From contig CAWHDT010000007.1 in assembly GCA_963828195.1 (NCBI GenBank), positions 224,001 to 288,000 of the forward strand: a stretch of 64,000 nt of DNA. Direction: 5' to 3'. Position 1 is the stretch's first letter. Every line of letters begins with the position of its first letter. The notes below the pieces were generated by a model. That model made no database searches. It worked only from the letters and a program-made list of their open reading frames with translations, and was not told where the DNA came from. This DNA is from Candidatus Bathyarchaeota archaeon. Lineage in GTDB: Archaea > Thermoproteota > Bathyarchaeia > Bathyarchaeales > Bathycorpusculaceae. The position numbers were made by a program, and so were the translations under genes. Of the stretch, positions 57,818-64,000 are shown piece after piece.

Positions 57818-58918
57818 TCACTTCAAGCCCATCAGCAAAGCATAATTACGCTCTATCTCCTTAAGCAATAAGTCTTTTGTTACTGCACCGCCAAGTTTAG
57901 CCATCGCCGCGATGGAAGCGCCGCCTGCGCCGACGCCTTCCTTCACAAGACCAGTCTCATATGTCCGCAAACCAGAGAAATGTGATGCCCCAAAGTTTAA
58001 GTCGGCGGCTAAAATCGGCACATCGCAGAACTGCGTAACTATGCCTTTTAGGTCAGATGACTTGTCTTTGGCAACCCACCTTGTTGTGCCCACCGCCACG
58101 TTGCAGAGAACATCGGGCTCCAAAGCGTTAATTACGGCTAAGATGGCGCTCATCTGTGTCCCGCCAGCCATCAACACGGGCACCTGCGATGCTGCACCAA
58201 TCACCAGCCCAGAGAAGGCAGCCATCATCGGGTCGCCGACGCATGAAATAGCTTTCGCTGGGTCTTTTGCTAAACTGCCGAAGCTTTCGCCTGCAGCCGC
58301 CAGCCCCGCCTTGACCGTTTCCGCCTTTAAGCTGTGCGGGTTTTCAGGCAGGGTGCTGCTTACTTTACCCTCCGCTTTGACGCCTAAAGCCGACAACACG
58401 CCAAGAGCGGTTGTTGTTCCCCCGGGAATACTCTCGCCTATGACGAGGTAATCAACTGCCTTAGCGAGTTGCTGCCCAGCAATTTTGGCTCTTTCAATAA
58501 CTTCCGAGGCATTGTCAACTGCGTTGCCGCTTCTGATATCTCGTCCGGGGCTTCCGCCGAGGTCTAAAAACGGAATTTGGGGTTTTACTTTTAATCCGCC
58601 GCTGGCAATCAAAACGGGGATATCTGCCAAGCGCAGAGCCGACATAGTTATCAACGCGGGTGTCGGAATGCCGTCGGGAGTGATGGGCACTCCGGCAATG
58701 GATTTGCATTTGCCAAGCAGAAGCAGTTCGGCATCCGCTGGCGGCGTGTAATCGGTGAATTCAGGGTTGGCTCCAGCCGCCGATATGCCGGAGATTTTGC
58801 CGGTTTCAGTGGTCGCAATTGTGCAGATGAAAAGTGGGTTTTTTCCTTCGATTTCTTCGAGAAAAGCTTTCGCTTTAAGCTCGTTATGCGCGATTATAAC
58901 GTCAAATGTCGTGGCCAT
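57818..58918 (-). CDS. cobT: Archaeal nicotinate-nucleotide-dependent phosphoribosyltransferase
   Basis: GISAAG, YTPPADAE, PTPALIT, GESIPGGTTTA, AGGTQM, VKEGVGAGG. Confidence 0.92.
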   Translation of the reverse strand: MATTFDVIIAHNELKAKAFLEEIEGKNPLFICTIATTETGKISGISAAGANPEFTDYTPPADAELLLLGKCKSIAGVPITPDGIPTPALITMSALRLADIPVLIASGGLKVKPQIPFLDLGGSPGRDIRSGNAVDNASEVIERAKIAGQQLAKAVDYLVIGESIPGGTTTALGVLSALGVKAEGKVSSTLPENPHSLKAETVKAGLAAAGESFGSLAKDPAKAISCVGDPMMAAFSGLVIGAASQVPVLMAGGTQMSAILAVINALEPDVLCNVAVGTTRWVAKDKSSDLKGIVTQFCDVPILAADLNFGASHFSGLRTYETGLVKEGVGAGGASIAAMAKLGGAVTKDLLLKEIERNYALLMGLK

Positions 58919-58919
58919 T

Positions 58920-59606
58920 CTACGGTTTTACCTTGCCTTTCGGCTTAACTTCGAATTTCTTGATTTCTAAGTACCCGAAGCCGCCGTCAAGCTTATGCTT
59001 TTGCGTTTCAACAATTTCAATCTTCTTCTTAAAAGTCGGCCCGTCTGTCACCACAGTGTGGTATTCGCCGCCTTCTCCGCAAGCGTCAACGTTGCCGAGT
59101 TTTAGGATATCATCGTAAAATTTTCTGTCCAATGTTCGTCCAAGCCAATCTAGGCCTAACAGCTCCAGTTTAGTGCGCACTACGGTTGCTTTGAAACCCG
59201 TTTTTAGGTAGTCAAGGTAAATCTGTTTTGTGTCGCCCATCCAAAGAGGCTTTATCGGGGTTAAACCGACTTCTTTGAGCACTCGGCCAAGCCAGCCCTG
59301 CTCGTGACCCGCCACTTCGTAGATGTCTCCTGTAACTAGGCCTTCAGCGCCTTTTGCTTTGAAGCTGCGCAGTGCCCGTTTGAAATCGTTCTCGTAGGTT
59401 TCAGGCGTAGCTACCTGCTTTACAAGTGGAATTCCAATGGCGTCTGACTGCGCATCAAGTATGCCTACGGGTATCATGTGGAAATTCGATTTGGTTTCGC
59501 TCATCATCATAGTTAAAAGGTTGACAACCTCGTAGCCTTGTTGGGCTGCCAAATAATATGCATAACAACTATCTTTTCCGCCACTCCATGAAGCAACAAC
59601 TTTCAT
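58920..59606 (-). CDS. DUF71/Dph6-family PP-loop ATPase, B12-salvage-associated paralog
   Basis: SWSGGKDS, PLW, DACGEGGEYHTVVTDGP; first gene of the cobT-cobS-cobY operon. Confidence 0.85.
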   Translation of the reverse strand: MKVVASWSGGKDSCYAYYLAAQQGYEVVNLLTMMMSETKSNFHMIPVGILDAQSDAIGIPLVKQVATPETYENDFKRALRSFKAKGAEGLVTGDIYEVAGHEQGWLGRVLKEVGLTPIKPLWMGDTKQIYLDYLKTGFKATVVRTKLELLGLDWLGRTLDRKFYDDILKLGNVDACGEGGEYHTVVTDGPTFKKKIEIVETQKHKLDGGFGYLEIKKFEVKPKGKVKP

Positions 59607-59916
59607 TCCAATTTTCCTCCCTAAGTCTTTTCACCCACAACCACTTTTTCGGTTTGTTTAGGTTTTAGGTGAACGTGAAATATTTGATTTTCCGAAAAAC
59701 CAGTTTTTTTAGTTGCTGAAACAGGTAACCACAAAAAAGCTATTTTACTTTTCAAACATTCAGATAATTTGACTAGCGGCAACATTTTGAATTGAATAAT
59801 AGGTTTTTTTTGGAAGTTCAGCAAACAATCAACGCCATGTTTTGTTGGTTTATCCAACCTTTTCATATAAGCATTACGGTAATTGTAGCCACATAAAAAT
59901 TTTCACAACCGAAACA

Positions 59917-59941
59917 CCGCCAAACCTTAAACGTTGGCGGC
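59917..59941 (-). terminator. Hairpin downstream of the small membrane gene; possible terminator
   Basis: CCGCCAA-N10-TTGGCGG inverted repeat. Confidence 0.35.
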
Positions 59942-59951
59942 CATTTTCAGT

Positions 59952-60221
59952 TCAGTTTTTGGTTCTTTGAAGTCTGAAAATAAAGAACAAGTTCAACGTT
60001 ATTGCAACCAAGAATACAAACAAGGTAGTATTTGGGTATAGGACCACCGTAATTCCCGGAGAGTTTGATTTCAAAGTGTATTGAATGTTGGATGGAAAAT
60101 TTGTAAATACGGTTTGAGAGTTTAAAGCTGAATATTCAGCCCAATTTAAAAAAACGTACAAAGCGATTAACGCGGCATTTGCTAGAACCATTAGCTTAAG
60201 TTGTCTGGATACTGATTTCAT
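59952..60221 (-). CDS. Small 2-TM membrane protein
   Basis: Two hydrophobic segments; ATG at 60221. Confidence 0.6.
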   Translation of the reverse strand: MKSVSRQLKLMVLANAALIALYVFLNWAEYSALNSQTVFTNFPSNIQYTLKSNSPGITVVLYPNTTLFVFLVAITLNLFFIFRLQRTKN

Positions 60222-60333
60222 TTTGCTTTGGCCTTGTTTATCCGTCGCGGTTCTTTGTTTAAAAGATTTGTGGTATGAAGCGTTGAGCAATGCTTAAAGC
60301 GCACTTCAGAGTTGAAAAATAAGGTTGAAATTT

Positions 60334-60816
60334 ATGAGCGAAGAAATGCCCGCGTTACTAGAGTTTCTGGAGCAAAAAGACATATCCCTAAAAAGCCTCA
60401 TTCACTGCGCACTTGAAATGTTTGTGCCTCACCCAGGCGTGGAAACTGAGGAAAAAGCGGTTGAAATGCTAAGAGAAGAATTCCTCGATGTCCTATCAGA
60501 CGTTAACGTTTCTATTCTTGAGGTCGCTGCTTTCCGAGCGCAGGAAGATGCCGAGAAAGGCTTGATTCCTGGGTTGACGCAGGAAAGGTTCAGGGGTAGA
60601 CCGGGGCCAGTCGCTGACGAAGTTTTAGGAATAGCGATCGCGAGCTACATCGGCGGAACCCGGGCAGTTTTCGAGTACGTGCGTTTTGACCAAGCCAAAC
60701 CGGGGATCCTCAAAAGACTCGGGTCAATAACAAACGATGCCATAGGTGCCTTAGTCGCAGGCGTATCGTCAAACGTTTATACACGCGCAACAAAAAACGC
60801 GCAGGCAAAGCCGTAA
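60334..60816 (+). CDS. cobZ: Alpha-ribazole phosphatase CobZ (PgpA-like archaeal type)
   Basis: LSDVNV, VADEVLGIAIA.YIGG..AVFEYVRFDQAKPGIL..L..DAIGALVAG. Confidence 0.85.
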   Translation: MSEEMPALLEFLEQKDISLKSLIHCALEMFVPHPGVETEEKAVEMLREEFLDVLSDVNVSILEVAAFRAQEDAEKGLIPGLTQERFRGRPGPVADEVLGIAIASYIGGTRAVFEYVRFDQAKPGILKRLGSITNDAIGALVAGVSSNVYTRATKNAQAKP

Positions 60817-60958
60817 AAAACTTTTTCCGCCTATTTCTGAGCGGATAGATGTCACAGGTATGGATTAGCAGGCTAGGTTGCACAAATCAATGTTATTTTA
60901 GGTTTTTCCATAAGATTATAATAGTCTTTAGTTGAGGAGTTTAGTTAGTTGGGTTTCC

Positions 60959-62117
60959 ATGGTTCATACACGGCTTTGCATTGTTACTCACACCTTTCTG
61001 CCTCACACCGGCGGAATAGAAAGGGTTGTTTATGAACAGAGTAAGCGGCTGCTGAAGAAAAATTTTGAGCCTCTGGTTGTGACTAACCGAATTGATACAC
61101 CCAAAAACTACGTTGTTGACGGAATCAACGTTGAGTGCTACGAATCGTTAAATACGGGTTTTCGCTTGGGGATACCGTACTCGATTCCGTCGGTGACGAG
61201 TTTTGAAACTTTTCTTAAAGCTGTTAAATCATGCGATATAGTTCATGCGCATGGTCACCCGTACTTGACGTCGCTTGTCGCGGCTAAGCTTGCGAAGAGG
61301 TACAAAAAACCGTTTGTGTTAACGCAGCATAACACCTTCATTGAATACGACAGCTTCTTTGACGATGTAGAACGGTTAAATGACTTAGCCGTTGGAAAGG
61401 AGACGCTCAAAGAAGCCGACAAAATAATCACAGTAAGCAGCGCCACTAAAGATTATGTTTTAAGTTTAGGAGCAAAACCTGAGAAGATTAAGGTTTTACA
61501 TAACGGAGTTGACTTGGTTCGCTTCAGACCTTTGGCTGGAAAAAGAGAGGGAAATGCGCAGAACACTGGGAATCCCCCAAAACGCAATCGTGGTTTTAAC
61601 CGTTAGAAGACTCGTTTACAAAAACGGTATCGACACATTAATCGAAGGGGCAAACATAGCGGTGAAAAAGAACCCAAAAATTGTTTTCCTAGTTGTGGGG
61701 AAAGGACCCGACCTAAACAACGTTCAATTTAGGACACGGCAGCTTGGGATAGAAAACAATTTTAGGCTCACGGGTTTTGTAAAAGACGAAGATTTGCCGT
61801 TTTACTACAACGCAGCAGACTTTTTTGTGCTGCCGTCAAAATCAGGAGAAGGGTTGCCTTTGGTTGCGCTCGAAGCTATGGCTTGCGGACTGCCGGTAAT
61901 AGCGACAAACGTCGGAGGAATAAGGGAAGTTCTGATGGGTGATTATGGAAAATTAGTTCCCTCCAACCAGCCTTGGCTGCTTGCAAAAGCGGTTTTGGAA
62001 TTTTCCGATATGGATTTGTCTTCACGCAGAGTGGAGCTTCGAGCACTTGTGGAGGAAAAGTTTAGCTGGGACAAAAATGTTGAATCGCTCGTGGGGATAT
62101 ACGAAGAACTTATTTAA
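60959..62117 (+). pseudogene. GT4 glycosyltransferase split by a +1 frameshift near 61540-61554 (or a sequencing error)
   Basis: GGIE, VHAH, LHNGVD in the first frame; RRLVYKNG, PS.SGEGLPLVALEAMACG in the second frame. Confidence 0.8.
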
Positions 62118-62158
62118 CTAAGATGTGGAAACAGTATAGCCTTAAGCTGTGAGTTGTC

Positions 62159-62896
62159 ATGACATCGAAGGTTGATCTGGTCTCGGTCGTAATTCCAACA
62201 CTCAATGAAGCAGGAAACATCTTGGAAGCTGTCACAACCATCTATAAAGAGTTGGAGTATCCGAAGGAGATAATTGTTGTAGATGGCAACTCCACTGACG
62301 GAACAATTGAAATCGTGAAAGACACAAACTTCTGCAAACTCATTATTGAACCCAGACGCGGCTACGGAGTCGCCCTTAGAACAGGCATGAAGTATGCGAA
62401 AGGAAACATCATCGTAATGGTGGATGGCGACGGCACCTACGAGGTGAGGCACATTAACCGTTTGCTGGACAGGATGATTCAGAAAGACGCGGACATGGTG
62501 TTAGCCACCCGCATGTATGACCCGGACAAAGCCATGGGATTCATGAATTTTTTGGGCAACAAAGTAATCACTTTCGTCTACGACTTCTTCTACAGCCAAT
62601 TCCTCAGCGACTCCCAATCGGGGTTCCGAGCAATCTCCCATGAAGCCATCGATAACGTTGAGTTAAAAGAGGGAGATATGGCTTTTGCAACTGAAATGCT
62701 GGTGCAGTTCGCTAAGGAAGGATACAACATGGTTGAAGTCCCCACAACCTACAAGTCGAGGAAATATGGGAAGACAAAACTTAAACCATTTAAGTCAGGT
62801 ATTGAGATATTTAGCACTATATTCAAGGGATTTCTCGATGCGGATACAGTTAGAACGTGTCAAAAGCATTGGAAGGAAAATCGGTTTAAACGATGA
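62159..62896 (+). CDS. GT2 glycosyltransferase (dolichol-phosphate glycosyltransferase-like)
   Basis: SVVIPTLNEA, VVDGNSTDGT, GYGVAL, MVDGDGTY, DSQSGFRA. Confidence 0.92.
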   Translation: MTSKVDLVSVVIPTLNEAGNILEAVTTIYKELEYPKEIIVVDGNSTDGTIEIVKDTNFCKLIIEPRRGYGVALRTGMKYAKGNIIVMVDGDGTYEVRHINRLLDRMIQKDADMVLATRMYDPDKAMGFMNFLGNKVITFVYDFFYSQFLSDSQSGFRAISHEAIDNVELKEGDMAFATEMLVQFAKEGYNMVEVPTTYKSRKYGKTKLKPFKSGIEIFSTIFKGFLDADTVRTCQKHWKENRFKR

Positions 62897-63371
62897 AAAA
62901 GGCTACGCAGTCGCCGTTTTTCTCGCGTTAATAATTATATCTGCGTTAGCCGTGGGTTACTTTGTGTTTTTTAGGCCAGCGCCGTCGGGGTACAGCACAA
63001 TCTACGTGCTGGATTCACAAAACAAAGCTGCTAATTACCCCTCGGTTTTGGTTGCTAACCAGAACAGCACATTCAACACGCCCGTTTCCGTTGTTAACAA
63101 CGAGGGGTACACCGTTCAATACCAGGTTCAAGTGAAAATCAGCGATGACGTCACAACTTTTCCAGTAGATATTCAGCCCGTTGGAGTGTACAATTTCACG
63201 CTGGGAAATGGGCAAACCTGGCAAAAGTCAGTCTCAGTTACGGAGAATCAAGTTGGAAGCTACTCTGTTGTTTTTGAGCTCTGGCAGTATAATTCGGATT
63301 CAGGAGCTTACCAGTTCATAAATAACAATGCAGAAAACTATTGCGTCTTAAACATTCAAGTGGTAAGCTAA
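62838..63371 (+). CDS. DUF1616-like membrane-anchored protein
   Basis: N-terminal TM, YSTIYVLD..AANYP, VVNNEG..Y, VVFELW. Confidence 0.7.
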   Translation: MRIQLERVKSIGRKIGLNDEKGYAVAVFLALIIISALAVGYFVFFRPAPSGYSTIYVLDSQNKAANYPSVLVANQNSTFNTPVSVVNNEGYTVQYQVQVKISDDVTTFPVDIQPVGVYNFTLGNGQTWQKSVSVTENQVGSYSVVFELWQYNSDSGAYQFINNNAENYCVLNIQVVS

Positions 63372-64000
63372 GCCGTTTTATGCCTTTCAGCGTACGCTTT
63401 CTCTATGGCTACTCGGTGGATATTGTTGTATGCGCAGAAAGGTATGATTTTTTTGTCTGGCGTAATGTAGTGAACTACGCAGCGTCTAACCCGGTTAACG
63501 TCGAAGTTGTAGGAATCCATGAACGCCATACAGCCGAGGAGGAAAATGCGTCGCCGGATTTTTCCAAGCGATTGATATGAAGGCGAAAGATGCATTCGCA
63601 TAATTGATTTCGTTAAAGTTGGCATGCCGACTTCTTTGGTGACTTCAAGCATGTTCATAGAAAGCATCGAAGCCATGAATAGCGAGGAGAGCAAAGAAAA
63701 TTTGCCTTTTGACTCTGCGTTTTCAGCGGTCTTTCTGATGTAGTTAAAGAACCTGTCAAAGTTGACGAAACGGTTGATTGGGAACATTTGACCGTTTTTT
63801 GAGACATATATCCAGTTTACGATTCCGCATTGGGGGCTGCAGGAGAAAAGCGGCCAGGGTTTTTGCATGAATTTACGCATTATCTTTATGGGGGAAGTCA
63901 TAACCGACATGGGGTAAAGATCGGTTGTTTTTATTTCGCCGCCGGTTTGTTTTTCGACGTCCTCGGCAAAGGACCATTCGCGGAAATTTTCTCGGAAGGG
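63368..64000 (-). CDS. Radical SAM protein of the MJ0619/tetraether synthase (Tes) family, C-terminal part
   Basis: FMDSYNFDVNRVRRCVVHYITPD.KIIPFCAYN; frame open to the window end. Confidence 0.8.
   Translation of the reverse strand, partial: PFRENFREWSFAEDVEKQTGGEIKTTDLYPMSVMTSPIKIMRKFMQKPWPLFSCSPQCGIVNWIYVSKNGQMFPINRFVNFDRFFNYIRKTAENAESKGKFSLLSSLFMASMLSMNMLEVTKEVGMPTLTKSIMRMHLSPSYQSLGKIRRRIFLLGCMAFMDSYNFDVNRVRRCVVHYITPDKKIIPFCAYNNIHRVAIEKAYAERHKTA

Noticed and set aside
59607-59950. Cobalamin riboswitch upstream of the cob operon
   Set aside because: No GCCACTG or B12-box motifs visible; an Rfam scan would be decisive.

Overview
Archaeal chromosome segment, most consistent with a TACK archaeon of class Bathyarchaeia. 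This is inferred from FEN1, archaeal ThrRS/ProRS, Trm56, TFE, NAC, MBF1, thermosome, prefoldin, arcadin-1, AOR plus two MoeA, and archaeal cobamide salvage genes. Most of the window is housekeeping, with one tRNA-Pro(UGG). The main accessory region is an AT-richer defence/toxin-antitoxin island (~25.66-35.2 kb) between trm56 and tfe. It encodes a HEPN-STAND NTPase-TPR-cold-shock-like protein (Avs/NLR-like), a convergent SIR2-family gene broken by one in-frame TGA at a conserved Trp, five intact or decayed TA loci, and a DUF4760-like + GGCT pair. Three co-oriented degenerate tRNA-3'-end-like sites separate its modules, and an iteron-like AAAGTCGCAAC array closes it. Other signals: a ~165-185 bp double-hairpin element present twice (38.6 and 53.6 kb), three genes apparently starting at ACG, a eukaryotic PAC4-like protein, a solo arcadin-1 and several unannotated small ORFs. 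All family calls come from motif recognition by eye, not database searches.
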